A stretch of 64,000 nucleotides of DNA, from the NCBI GenBank assembly GCA_039096225.1, contig JBBPEB010000003.1, positions 868,001 to 932,000 of the forward strand, in the 5' to 3' direction. Below, piece after piece: positions 25,521-46,800 of the stretch (positions are counted from its first letter, which is position 1; each line of letters begins with the position of its first letter). The notes beneath the pieces are model-generated. The model was not told the DNA's origin and did no database searches. It saw only the letters and a program-made list of their open reading frames with translations. A program made the position numbers and the translations under genes. Origin of the DNA: Blastocystis sp. Blastoise (Eukaryota > Protista > Bigyra: Opalinata).

Positions 25521-27436
25521 TTAATTCCAAGCTTTTGGTTTTTCATGAGGAAACATAATACTATTTGATATATCTTTAGAATCAGGAATATTTCTTAAAT
25601 CTATAGGTTCATGTATACCGAGAGCATAACGAACTTCAGCCATTATATAGAGACTTCCCGCGATTATTAGCACTTCATTATCTTGAATATTTGTTAATTC
25701 ACGTTGAATTACTGCAGATAATGTATCTATTGGACAATAGGTATCTATAGAGAGATACAGAGGAGATAAAAGCATATATATATAGAATAAATGATTATTA
25801 ATAGAATATAGATAAAACATAAAATACAAAAGAGAATATAAAAATCAATATATATATATATATGAATAATAAATTGAAAATAATATATAAACAAAAAAAA
25901 ATTAAAATGAAGAGAAAAAAAGTAACTAGTATAGAAAGACTAATAAATATATATATATACCTTTCCATATATATCCTTGATTGATGGCAGTTTGTTTAAT
26001 GATTTCACGAAGTTGATTGGCGGGCATAGCACGTGGGTGACTGGCTGATATACAACTGAAATTAGACACAGAAATCACTTTAAATAATTCTTGAAGACAA
26101 ATAGATATATTTTTATCTGCACAAAAACCACATATATACTATATATATATATAATGATTTATTCATTAAATAGAGTAAGAAGAATACTTTATAACATTTA
26201 TTAGGATATGTATATTGTAAAGTCTTAATAAAATTTTGAATAGCTAATATATTATGTCCACCATCAAGAACTACCTATATATATTATTTATTATATTATT
26301 ATTTATTATATTATTATTTATTATATTATTATATTATTATTTATTATATAGTATAATAAATAATATATACTATTGCAAATAAGATATATAATATATATAC
26401 TTGACATGTTTTCCCTTCAAATGGAATAGATAATTGTTGAAATCTACAGTTTGGTCGTAATTGAATTCCTTCAGATACACAATAAGAAGGAATAGAAAAG
26501 ATACCCATAGTATTCAGCACTTTTAAGGCGCATTCAGCAATTAATGCATTCGTTTCATCGAATGTTTGTCCATGATTTTCAACAATATATGCAGGAGAAG
26601 ATTGTTTAGAAGCAATACACTTTATCTATATATATAACCATTTTTATGAATATATATCATTTATTATATAATGAAATGAATAATAATAATAATACATTTA
26701 ATAATTATAATAAGTATAATAATAATATATGAACTTTAAAAAATAATAGCAATTCTATATAAACATATATTAACAACACATACAAGTTTATGAGGACAAT
26801 CTGGACCTAGAATAACAGGTTTACCTGTTTTTATAATACCTGATTTCTCTGTAGCTATTTCTTCGATTGTATTTCCAAGAATACCTTGATGATCTAAACC
26901 AATTGAAGTAATAATACTCATTTCTGAATTAATTATATTCGTAGCATCTAAACGACCACCACAACCTACCTCAATTACAGCTATATCTACATGTTCTTCA
27001 GCAAAATATAAATAAGACATAATAGTTGTCATTTCAAAGAAAGTACAATTCTTTATACGATCTGCACATTCATAAACTCTTTGGATCAATTCTACAAATC
27101 TCTTTTCATTAATCATCTCGCTATTGATACATGTACGTTCACGTAAACAGGATAAATGAGGACTTGTATATAATCCAGTTTTATATCCAGATTTCTCTAA
27201 TGATTTTGCTATCTTATAAGCAGTTGAACCTTTTCCATTTGTACCTGTGACATGAATAGATTTAAATTGTTTTGAAGGATAATTTAAGGCTTTATCAAGT
27301 TCCATCATTTTGTCTAGATTCATCTTAACCACTACCTCAAGATTGTGGACATATAATGTCTCCAAAATACCTATATTTATAAGAAATAGAAACAAAACAA
27401 AATGAAAATACTCTTATATTGTGCTGAATAATCCAT
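25521..27436 (-). CDS. folC: Folylpolyglutamate synthase/dihydrofolate synthase (FolC-type), multi-exon
   Basis: HVTGTNGKGS P-loop, YTSPHL, EVGCGGRLDATN, ITSIGLDH, EKSGIIK, VLDGGHN, IAGSLY. Confidence 0.93.
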
Positions 27437-27835
27437 TTTAATTGTTGAAGCACCTAAATTGTATATAATTAAAATGAATTTAAATAAGTATATATCATAA
27501 TACGTGTTTAACACAAATATATTTATAAAAAACAAAAAGGATGGAAAACAATGAAATCATGGAAATAATTAAAAAGTCAGAGAAATTTTGAAAAGAACAC
27601 AATTAAAATGTTTATTTTTTTAATAATGTATAAAACAATAATTTTTCACTTTTTTCTAAAAATCTAAAAACAATTTATTCAGTTGAGCAAAGAATAAACA
27701 AACGAGTAATTTTAATACACAAATGAAAATGATAAAATAACGAATTTACATAATAATATCAAATTTATCATATAAATACATCAAGAATATCTTCTGAATA
27801 CAGCATAGAATATGTTGATATAGAACTTTATATCT

Positions 27836-30361
27836 TTACATAGAATTGATCATTTCATAAATAATTGACGATGGAACTTCACCAGAATCCAATAATTCTT
27901 CAATATGTGTAAGAGCAGGAATAACAGATTTTGTAGTAGAATCCATTTGAGATGTTAGATATAACATGATTTTATGATATGATAAATTAAGAATACTTGA
28001 AATTCGATAAATACGACGTGTCATTTGTATCTATATATATATAAATATATAAAGTATATATGTTAATAAAGATAATTGTAGAATAATAAAAAAAAGGATA
28101 TATAAATATATAGAGTATATATGTTAATAAAGATAATTGTAGAATAATAAAAAAAAGGATATATAAATATATAGAGTATATATGTTAATAAAGATAATTG
28201 TAGAATAATAAAAAAATATATATATAAATATATATATACTTGTTGTTGTTGAGGTGATAGTTTACTATTCGGATCAACAATAGCATTATTTCGTTGTTTA
28301 TATACATCTTTTAAGAGAGTAACTGGATGTTTTTTGACTTGTTCTAATTCCTTTTGTCTTTTTTCTTCTGCTTCTTTCTTCTTCTTTTCTTCTTCTTCTT
28401 TCTTTAATTGCTATAGATAGAATAGTATAAGGATATATTTATATAATTAAGTTATTAATAAAGATTCTACATATAATAATAGAATATTATCATTAATATT
28501 ATGAATAATAATATAAATAAAAATACTTTTTTTTGTTTCTCTAATTGTTTCTTTTCTTGTTTCTTCTTCTTCTTCTCTTCTTCTTCTTCTTTTGATACAG
28601 GAACAGGAATAGCAGAATGTGAATAATCAAATCTTTGTGGATAGTTCCTTCTAAAGTCAATATATACCATCTTCATTGTTTTTGAAGATGCATAATGATA
28701 AGGAAGTTTATTCTTTATATCTCGATCTAATATATTACTACCCATTTCTAATAATAATCTAGTCTAGGTATATAATAAGGATAAGAATAGCATTAATATT
28801 ATAAAAAATATATATATTATATATAGTTAAAAACTGTATATGTTATATATTTTATAATACTATAAGTATTGTTATCATTATTATTAATATATATATATAC
28901 AGCCCATGTATCATCTTTTTGTGTAAATACATGAAGTAGTGTCATACCATCATTATTCCTATATGTATATATATATAAGGTAGATAATATTAACAAGAAT
29001 CTAAATATATATATATATATATACCAAATAGAGAGAAGATATAGATTATCTTGTAGAATAGCTCTTATTCCTTCTTCTTTATGATCTCTAAGGAGCTTAT
29101 ATAATTCATCAACTCTATTCTTTGCTTCTTCACGTTCTCTCTCTATATCTTCTTCTTCTGTTTCTTCTTCCTCTTCCTCTTCTGTTTCTTCTTCCTCTTC
29201 TTCTTCATCATCATCATCTGATTTTTCATCTTCTCCTTCTCCTTCTCCTTCTCCTTCTCCTTCTCCTTCTCCTTGTTCATGAATAACAACTCTATGTTGA
29301 GTCTCTGAATTTATATTCATATTTCTATTTAAATCAATATATGTTTCTTTAGGAGTAATAATATTTAAACTACGTAATTCTTCTTCACTTACAGAAACAC
29401 CAAGAGTAGAGAATAAATCAATATAATCATCTTTTGTTACTTCTCCTTCTTTTTCTGATATCTTAGTATTCTCTATAGGAATAGACATATCACGATTTGT
29501 TGTAGCTCTTCTACTAGCTAATATATCATTAGAGATCAGAGATACAGTCATAAGACGGCAATAGATCTCATACGATTCCTCTAAAGTAGGACGCAGATAC
29601 GTAAATGGAACACGATGAATACGAGGATCCTCTATATATATTATTATTATTATGTTTATGTTTATTATGTTTATGTTTATTATTATTATGTTTACTATGT
29701 TTACTATGTTTATTATTATTATTATATTTATTATTATATATAGTAAAACAATTCATACCTTTATGAAGAAGAGAATCTTTATCTTTAAAGAATAATCCAC
29801 TATATAAAATAAAACATTGATAATTATATATATATATTTAAGAAATATATATATATACAGATTTGTTTTAGTAGTTCCAATGAATATTAAAGAGCATTTC
29901 TCAAGCATAGATGACCAATCATTTAATGTAGATACAACCTATGCATATGAAGAATAATACATATAATAATAAGTATAATAATAATGAACATAATAATAAT
30001 GAATATAATAATAATGAGTATAATAATAATGAATATAATAATAATAAGTATAATAATAATAAGTATAATAATAATAAGTATAATAATAATAAGTATAATA
30101 ATAATGAATATAATAATAATAATAAGTATAATAATAACTATAATAATAATAAGTATAATAATAATAAATATAATAAGCATAAGTATAATAATGAACGTAA
30201 TAATATATATACGCATTCTCTCATCAGCATTTCATTATGTCTTCGAAGACGAGCCCCCATAGATCTAGCCTTTCCAGTAGTTTTATCCTTTTTACTCTGA
30301 CTGCCTCCTTGTTTTCGTCGTGTCGTATAACGACGTTCACTCTTATGGCATATACACTTAC

Positions 30362-30423
<62 letters not shown>

Positions 30424-30982
30424 TATAAAAATAACTAATGATTTATCATATATTATATATATATACATTTTTATAAATACAAGCTGTAAAATATCCACTT
30501 CTATAGAGAAATACAGCTACAGAACAATTTATAAAGGAGGGAAGAAGAGATGGATTATAATCTTTTGAATAAAATCCAGTCTCAATCAATCGACGATAGA
30601 AAAATAATGTATGCGTAGATAACGTATAGGAATAAAATTGTTTCTTTTCTGGATCTTCTTCTTCTTCTTCATTTTTCTCATTCTCATCATCAGAAGAATC
30701 ACTCCTATCTTCATCGTTAATCAAACAATGATTACGTACATTATCAATATGTTGTTGAGACCTATAATGCTCTAGTTGTTCTTCACGATCCTCAAACCCA
30801 ATATTACAAAGTGTACAACGAGTAATTGGAAATTGAGTTGGTAACTCACCAATAAACTCATTAGATAGAGAAGGATTATCTAAATCAATTTCATCATCTC
30901 TCTTCTTCATTTTAAGCTCCTCTTTCAGCTTTGACTTTATCGGTAAAGGCAACTCCCAAAATGTATACTGTTCTTTATCCAT
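27836..30982 (-). CDS. ANKZF1: ANKZF1/Vms1 ribosome-quality-control tRNA endonuclease (C2H2 finger, VLRF1 domain, ankyrin repeats, coiled coil)
   Basis: CTLC...HYRSQQH finger; HKSERRYTTRKQGGSQS...SMGARLRRHNE (VLRF1 catalytic loop with Q); ankyrin GMTLLH...KLPYH. Confidence 0.9.
28035..28235. repeat. 61-bp tandem repeat (about 3 copies) in the last ANKZF1 intron
   Basis: gttaataaagataattgtagaataataaaaaaa recurs at 28062, 28123 and 28184. Confidence 0.9.
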
Positions 30983-31364
30983 TATATTTGTATTTCAATA
31001 AATAACTGGTAATAATCACTATTTCACGCTAATTGTACTCTTTATTAGTAAGTTATTGTATTCTTTCGTTAAAACTTAGTTTTTCTAGTTTAAACTCTAT
31101 CGAATAGCAACTGTCTCACTAGTATTAATTTGTGAAAAACAAAAAAAGAGTTGTTCCATAAAATTTTCTTATAAAACTATTTCCCGTGGTTTTGTAACGA
31201 GAAGTCGCCAAAAAACAACAAAAACTCTAAAAGCAGTGGTAAAGAAAATGAATATTTTGTTAAACCTTTTCTTATTCATTTCTTAGTATGTTTATATATA
31301 TCTTAAATATTAATTTTATTAAAACTATGTATATATTGACTTATCTATAGGCCAATACTAAAAT

Positions 31365-37905
<6,541 letters not shown>

Positions 37906-38035
37906 TCATTCTTTCTATTAAACTTATGCCTTTTCTTTTTATTTTTATTTGTTTATTCAATTTTATTGTTGTTTCCATTATCAAATTGTTTTGAGTATTT
38001 CAATCAGTAGACATTATTAATATTATTATTATTAC

Positions 38036-38071
<36 letters not shown>

Positions 38072-38216
38072 TATTATTATTATTATTATTATTAAAAGTC
38101 ACTAATAATATCCAGCAAAACGACTCTTTAAAAATATGAAGAATAATTTTTATTTTAACAAAAAAAAAAATAGTAAAATAAATAGCAAATAAGCAAAAAA
38201 GACTAAATAGGATAAT

Positions 38217-38280
38217 TATTGTTTTTTATTACAATAATCAACCATCGATTTTAAGTTTTCCTTAGAAGCTCCAGCGAACT

Positions 38281-38340
<60 letters not shown>

Positions 38341-39074
38341 AAATATTCATAAAATATAAATAGTATATATATATAAATGTCATACTTGGGCAACAAGTTG
38401 TTTATCAGAATATAATTTGAAAGTAGGTACACTCTATATATAAATATAATTATAATAAAATAATAGGAATTACAAAAAAATAATAATAATAGAAATGTAT
38501 ATAGTTAATATATATACAACAACATTTTCTAAAGTAGCAACATCAGGGACTTTATCAACATCAATCTTAACAAAATTAATATTTTCATTTTGATTACTAT
38601 ATATAAAACAAGATATAAAATTAAATATATATATATATATTGAATAAAAATAATTAAAAAGAAATACCTTAAAGCAGAGAAATAAGGAGCCATTCTCTTA
38701 CAAGGTCCACACCAAGTAGCAAAGAAATACATAATGGAAGGATTCTTTCCCTAAAAAAAACATAAGTAACAATTTAGATTCAATATTTTTAAAAAAAGAA
38801 TAGACTTACAGCAATAAGATCGTCGTACTCTTTATTTTGTTCAATATAAATAACTTTATCAGCTTCTATAGAAAAGAAAAAAAATAGCACAATGTAGATA
38901 ATAAAATAAATAAGAGAATGATGTGATTAAGAATGTATACCAGAAGACATAAATCTATAAGAGCTAGCAAGAGCAGGAATATTACGAACAGCCATTAATC
39001 TAGGAGTAACTCTACTCTATATTCATTCAATAGAAGCATAAATATATTAAAATAAATACAAGAACAGAAAACAT
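38217..39074 (-). CDS. Thioredoxin with mitochondrial/MRO presequence (Trx2-like), about 7 exons
   Basis: FFATWCGPCK, KIDVD, VPTF; presequence MFSVLSRVTPRLMAVRNIPALASSYRFMSS (Arg-rich, no acidic residues). Confidence 0.92.
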
Positions 39075-39606
39075 TTTGAAACACTATAATCAATAAAATT
39101 TAAAAGGAAATATAGATAAAGAAAAGATTAAAAAAAGGAATCATTCTCTTTTCAGAAAGGACTGAGCCATTTTTTTAAGAATAAAATGTTTGTTGACAAA
39201 TGTCCTTTATTTGTATTACGAAATAGAGATTCTTTGGAGAAACTTTACCTACCTAACAAATACTAATTGTCCATGTTGTCCAGGAGGAGATCCATGACTA
39301 TTACTTTAGTCATGGGAATAAGAAGAAAGAGACTTTATTAAAGAGAATAATCATGAATATAAAACGGATCACTTTTCACATATAAAACACAATTTTCTTC
39401 TTTTTCAAGGTGTTTCAAAAGAATGAGTTTGTCTACAGATGAAGAAGATTAAGGAACTTTTCAAACAATATTTATTCGTTTTTATTATCCATTGCGTCAT
39501 GATGGATATTAATACGAAGATTTTGGCTAAATATATGAAACAGTCTGAAGATAATTATCATTTTAATATTTGATCTGTTAGTATATTATCTTTATAATTA
39601 TTGTGC

Positions 39607-40319
39607 ATGGCTTCAGATATGAATAATGTTTTAAAAACTATATATGATTTTTCAGTAAAAGATATCGTTGGAAATGATTTCAAACTAGCTAATTTTAAAG
39701 GTTCTGTTATGCTTATAGTGAATACAGCTTCGAAATGTGGTTTTACTCCACAATATAAAGAACTTGAAAGCTTATATGAAAAATATAAAGACAAAGGGTT
39801 TACTGTTATTGGTTTTCCCTGTAATCAGTTTGCAAATCAAGAGCCAGGAAGTACTGAAGGAATTCAATGTTTTATACGCGACAATTATCATGTTAGTTTT
39901 CCAATGATGGATAAGATTGATGTTAATGGTATTCATGAACATCCTATTTATACATATTTAAAAGATCAACAACGAGGCTTCTTATCCAAGTATTTTTTTT
40001 TTCATTTTCATTTTCATTATATACATTATAGTATAATTGTTTATTATTTATATTATATATTATTTATATAGTATTATCTATTTTTATATATATTATTTAT
40101 ATAGTATTATATATATTATATATATTATATATATATATATATTTATATTATACATTATACATATAATATATATAGAAAAATAAAATGGAATTTTACAAAG
40201 TTTTTGGTGGATCGTAATGGTATTCCTGTGAAGAGATATAGTCCTAGTACAAATCCTATGAGTATCGAACAGGATATATTAAATTTACTTTCTCAAGATA
40301 ATCCTTTTAAAGGAGTTTA
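39607..40319 (+). CDS. Cys-type (non-selenium) glutathione peroxidase-family protein, probably thioredoxin-dependent; 2 exons
   Basis: [20 protein letters not shown], candidate resolving Cys in [18 protein letters not shown]. Confidence 0.94.
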
Positions 40320-40576
40320 AATAGATATATATATATAGTTTATCTATATATCTTTAGCTAGTTGCTTCTTTTTTTATTTATTAGTTGTTAAATTCATTAT
40401 TAGTTATTTGAAAGTTGTTCATTATTTTTTTATTTAATTGCTCACATCGCTCTGTTTAATGAATTGAATTTTGTAGATATTTATTATAGAATTTATCAAA
40501 GAATAACTAATTCAATGTTATTTTTAAAATATATATACTTAATAAGATACAAGACATTCAATACAGTAAAAAAAAA

Positions 40577-42412
40577 TTAATTTCGTTTTCTTCGAATAAT
40601 TAGTTTATCCATTAAATTAACGGATGTGCTATCGGGATATAATTCAACTATATCTCCTTTCTCATTAATAGCAGTCAAGAAACCTTCATCATTTATATTT
40701 TGAATAGTAACTCCAGAAAGATTACCATCTTCATCCTGACATGTCATTTGTTGATTTGTATGTAACCACATATCAATATATTCATCATGAAAAGGTTCAA
40801 ATCCATACTTTTGAAATAATAATAAAATAGAAGACATATTATTAAAGAATTCAGCAAGAAGAATAGATCTAATATATAAAAGAAAAGTATTATAAATAAA
40901 GTGATATAAATATAATGATATAAACATAATGATATATAATGATATAAATATAATGACATATAATAATATATAATGATATATAATAAATATATATATATAC
41001 CTTCCTACACATACAGGTGATCCTTTGATTTTCGATGCTTCATCATCGAGACAAGTAGTAGGAAGAGAGTTACTGACATTAATACCAATACCTGTTATAA
41101 CATTAAATTTATTCTTTGTATATACACTCTGACAAATAATACCACCGATTTTTACATGTTTATCTACATAGATATCATTAGGCCATTTAATACCTACGTT
41201 GATCTTCTATATATATATATGAATAATATATATATATAGATATATATAATTCTATAGAGTAAATATTTTTATTTTTATTCATAATATAATATATGAATAT
41301 ATATATATATATATATATATAGAGATATATATATAAGAGTAGTATACAGAATATTCGGGGATTTGTTTAATAGCTCTAACCATAGCAATACAAGAGAGAT
41401 ATTGCATGAAACATAAATTATACGCCTTATCAATTTGAGTCTTGAAACTAAACATCAAACAACCGTAGGGAGAAGTCCATATATGATCGTTACGACCTAC
41501 AGAATAAGCAGGGAAATAAACATATATAGTATTATTAGTATTATTTATTATTTACTATTATTTTTTAGTATTTATTATTATTTATTATTTATTATTTATT
41601 ATTTATTATTTATTATTTATTATTTATTATTTATTATTTATTATTTATTATATAATAATAATATATAATAATAATTAATAAATGAAGATAATGTTAAATG
41701 AATAATCATAAAACTAATATATACTAACAATATATATATATATACCTTTGCCTCCAAATTGTATATCTGTGACACATGCTAAGTCACCTTCAAAATCTTT
41801 TAATCTGTTGAATAATAATGTTTGAGTACTTTGCAACTGATGAGAATATATAATATTTCTCCCCAAAGTAATAGAATTTAAATGATCAAAATAAAGCTTT
41901 ATATTCAAAGGCTTTTGCTAAATATATAATAATTTTAATTTATATAATTTTAATTTAAAAAATATATACAATCCTATCTTTAACAAGAACAGGATCTTGT
42001 TGACGAAATCTATTGATATTAATCAAATTAACATTTTCAAACACATATTTACTTTTCTAAATAAGTTACTGTTGGTTTTGGAGTATTTGTTACTAAATAT
42101 AAATTGTAATAAAAAAGTAAATCTTCGATAGAAAAAAAATAAAAAAAATTATAGAACGTTAATAACGTTTTAAATACCTTCATCTGGATATTGTTCTTTC
42201 CAATTATCTAATAGGTTATCTAATCTCTCATAATTTCGAGAATCCAAATAACGGAATAAATGTAAAGGATCCACAAGTCCATTCTTATCAACTTTACATT
42301 CTGTTGAGAAGCTCTTTGTGTGAACAAGTAACGTGCACTTTTGTATTACTGATGTTGTCCTCATAACATCCTTTGCACCCATAACTAACAGTTTCAAAGA
42401 GATTCGAAACAT
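40577..42412 (-). CDS. Biotin-protein ligase (BPL/holocarboxylase synthetase), multi-exon, possible presequence
   Basis: QFGGKGRNDHIWTSPYGCLMFS, KWPNDIY, KIGGIICQ, GIGINV; C-terminal GFL...ELYPD. Confidence 0.92.
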
Positions 42413-43047
42413 TTTGTCATTAATAAAGAGTCCTTTCAAATAAAAATCTTTTTAAACATTCATTAGAGAAAAGTGTATCAGTTCTCCTCAGTAATCTTGA
42501 ATAACCACGGTTATTTGTCGTTCACTAGTACATTTTTCATAAAAATTTTATTTCCCCAAAAAAAAGGTATTTTATGTTAAGAATGACTTATTCATTGTTG
42601 TATCATTATTAATGTATTTGATTAATCGTTCATGTTATACGGTCTTGAGATTAATCCAAAAAGATGATTTATTAGTAGTTGATCATCAATTGACAACACA
42701 TTAATAAATCAATTTACGTTTTTATTGTTATGATATATATTCCAAAAGCTTTTGAGAATTATAGATTAATGTGATATTATGTGATACGATTTTTTTTTGA
42801 TAATGATGATGCAAAAAAAAGGTCTTTAGATCAATTACAATATACTTGATTCGTTGTGATCAAAATAATAATTAATTTACATAGAATTTACGAATAACTA
42901 ATAAGAATCTCTCCATGAAGGCAATTACAACAATATAACATACTATTAATAAAACAAAAAAAAATAGAAAAAGGAAATAAAAATGAAAACTAAATAGAAT
43001 AAATAGATAAAAATGAATATAAACTTGAAATGATTAATTGAATGAAG

Positions 43048-44140
43048 TTATAAATTATTAAGTTCTTGGTTAGAGAGTAGATGCCCTTTAATGATTCCAT
43101 GTTTTTGGGGATCTAACGGTAATAGATCCGGCAGAGTACGACAGTACGTACATGTATATACCTTCGGAACTAAAGATACTGCAGGTATACCTATACAAGC
43201 ACCATGGTACCAACAACCACACGAATCACACTATATAGAATATAATATATATATATAATCAATATATAATCAATATATAATCAATATATAATCAATATAT
43301 AATCAATATATAATATATAATATATATACTTGAACAATAAAGGATAATCCATTTGCAAAAGAAGTTTCTTTTGATTTTTGAGTTACTTTTGCTAAGCAGT
43401 CTTCAGTACAAATAATGTCTTCAACAACAGGATATTCCTATATAGGAAACGAATCATTAACAGAAAGAAAGAAGAATTGAATAAGAATATAGAAAATAAT
43501 AGAAAACTTTAGTAGATATATACATATATATATAATATTAATCAATCTATATATACGTCTTGAGAAACAATGTCTTTATAAGGCACAAAACGAACGGAAG
43601 TAACAAGAATATCCATATTTTTTCGTCTATATAGAAAATGATCGTATTAACTAGATCGTTATTATAATATTATACAAATAAAATCTAATTTATGCTAATA
43701 CTAATATAATATACTGAATAGAAGCATAAGCATAATAGCGTTTACGACAAATTGGACAACAATTACTATTTTTTGACCAAAGTCGCAAGCAGTCAGCACA
43801 AAATAAATGCAAGCATGAAGGAATAATACACATATAAGAACCTATCGTCCCATAACAAATGACACACTCCTATAAATAATGTTACAAAGAAATGGAATAC
43901 GAAAAACACTAGAATATAATTATTTGAAATATAATTTCATTTCCAATGTCTTGAATTCTTCATACCTTATAGGATAAAACATCATTAGATAATTCTGAAT
44001 TCCTACATACTGTTTAGAATAAAAATTAAATATTCATACTCTCTTAAATACCTTTGGAGCTCTATTTTGATATGCTCCAGTTCGTTTTCATTATTCATGA
44101 AGATAAAAACAACACGAAAAGGAGTGGAAAGAAATCTCAT
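43048..44140 (-). CDS. Small RING-finger plus PHD-like finger protein, multi-exon
   Basis: CVIC...CLHLFCADCLRLW...CPICR (RING); QCDSCGCWYHGACIG...YTCTYC (PHD). Start may be 44140 or 44098. Confidence 0.8.
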
Positions 44141-45266
44141 TCCCGTAATTTTTATATACACTTTTTTATGCCATTGTATTAAACAAATTAACGATATATA
44201 TGTTCAATCAAAACAAATTTCTATTTACACAAGCACTTATGTACATGTCTTAATCGATGGTAAAAAAAGAACATGAAACATAAAAGAAAAATGAATGATC
44301 TCGGGTGTCAAAATTGATTTATAATGTTGCGATATTATTAAAAGCATTCAAAAGTCTTCTTAATTCTCTACAAATAGTATGTATATAGTATAATCCTAAT
44401 ACTTGTTAGTTTAGACATCTTCATTCTCTGGTCTATTTAGTAAATCATATGGAGATATATTCAATTTCTTTTCCGATTCACATATTCATTAAACAAAAAT
44501 AATAGTTTATTAAGCTATTTTTCTTCAAAAACGAAAATAATAAAAATCTTCTTTTTTTTACATTAAAGTAGAATAATTACAGAATTCTATAATTTTATTA
44601 TAAATAATTCGTTACAGATTATTGGTTTAATGATCCTTATCCTCTAAAGTTATCAATAGATAATACAATTAGAGTACATTTTCCATAATTAAGATAAATA
44701 ATCTATTTCTTTCGATATTCATAACTCTATTTATTCACTCTTTTAAAGTATAAATAAAATTGTCATAGTCTTACTAATGACTGATTAGTCAACTCACTTT
44801 TATATTGTTCTTATGGAATCATATAATCATTTTTAATGATGTAAAATTAATCTATAATATATATAGAGAATGATATTGATTTTTTATGTATTCTTATATT
44901 ATTCAATTGCTCATTTTTCCTATTTTACAAATGGATAAATATTTATTTATGCTTTAAAATTATTATAAATGATAAGCATCAATTGTTATTCATGGAGATT
45001 TAAAAAAAATCATTTATTAATTATCTTTGTATACAGTGAGTATTTTTTAATAGTTATCTAATATCTATTCCAAATCAATTAGTGAATGAGATAAAACAAA
45101 ATATCAATATGATCAAGAATAGGAAACACTATATATGATATTATAAGAGTTATTCATCGAAAAAAATAAACGTTTATATTTAAAAAAGTAAATAAATAAA
45201 TATTATTATTATTGTATATAAAAAAAAAGCAAAGCAGAAAATAAATATATAGAAATAAATAGAGGA

Positions 45267-46800
45267 TTATAATCCGTGATCACATGTTTGTGGTTCATCA
45301 CTTCTTTTTGGAGTATTTAAATCCGTATATACTTCGAAGTCCACAAGAGCAAAGATATTAGCTTCATCAGGTTTACCATTATTAGTAAAGAAGCTATTTC
45401 CCAATTCAGGATGAGGAGATATATATACAGGATCTGGGTTATTTAGACTATTGACAATACCAACACTGAACTTCCCTCCTTTCTGAGCATCTGAGAGCAT
45501 GAATCCTTGACAGAAAGACAGAGGGAAAAGAGGGTCATTGCTATTCAGAGCGCATGCTATACTAGTAACATTCTCTTTATCTAGACGTAATAAGGAATAA
45601 TTATAACCGTGGGGATTTATCAACGAAAACAAGAATGCATTTTTATCTGCTCTCCATCCCATTCCAGCTATATTATATATATAGTATATAGTATATAGTA
45701 TATATATATAATAATAAATATTAAATGTTGTAGAAAATAATAAAATAATAGTATAATATATATATATATATTCTATTATTTATAGTATAACAAATAAAAT
45801 AAAATTATACAAAACAAGAAAACACATAATATATTATTATAACACTATTAATAATAGAATAAATAGATATATACGTCTAGGAGGATTATCTCTGTCAATA
45901 AGGTTCTTACCCCATCCTGTAGCTGTATATCCTTCAAAGGTAACGATATTCTTATCATCATCTAATGCCTTCACAAACACTAAACTCTCCTTCTCCCAGC
46001 ATTTCTCCTTGAAACATTTCACACTACCTTCATGATCACTCATTCTAGTATATAATATAATATTAGAGAAAGAATGAATAGTAATAATATACCGATATAA
46101 TAATTGCCATTGACAACAATCTTTAAAGAGCATAAAGAAGAAAGCTCTATCCATATATGTTAGTATAGTAGAATCAGGTTGAAATAAATAGAGGATCTTA
46201 TTTGAATGGAAAATAGGATCATCACTCAATTGTTTCCATATTTCACGCTTCTTAGAACTAGTTAATGACTCTTTTCCTGTAAGAAGAGACTCATATTCTA
46301 TATAAGAAATTTTTCCTTTCAATAAATCCAATGTAGTATCTATTTCACCTAAACTACTTGAAACAAGCTTCAAATGATCTTCTAACGATGAAATAGAACT
46401 TTTTATTGACTTATTATTCTCTTCAAGTAATGATAAAGATGATTTGACATTATTCACAGAATCTGCTAAACGAACAACAGCACCATGATCTTCAAGTTTA
46501 TTTCTCTCTAAATCACATAAATGCTTGAAATGATTCTTAACTTGTAAGGAAACAGGAATTCCACAAAAATCAAATGCTTCACAAACAACTTTTTCATCTT
46601 TCAAAGGAATGTCTGTCATCAACAATTGTTCACCTTTTATTGAAGAGAATACCAAATAAATATACTGATTCATAGAGTCCAAGTAATAATATAATCCATC
46701 TTGAACTTTATCTTCAGGCCGAGTACTCAATTCATATAGATAGCTTTCCAGAAAGTTTCTCAAATACTTTTTTTGAATATGAAGATAACATATGCATGTC
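45267..46800 (-). CDS. TLDc-domain protein with BTB-like N-terminal region and coiled coil; 5' end unresolved, possibly decayed
   Basis: WQLLYRMS.H...F..KC, FEGYT..GW, DKNAFLFSLINPH, DFEVY. Upstream exon-like segments contain stops. Confidence 0.7.

Noticed and set aside
28035-28235. Regularly spaced repeats as a CRISPR-like array
   Set aside because: Head-to-tail tandem duplication with no unique spacers, inside a eukaryotic intron.
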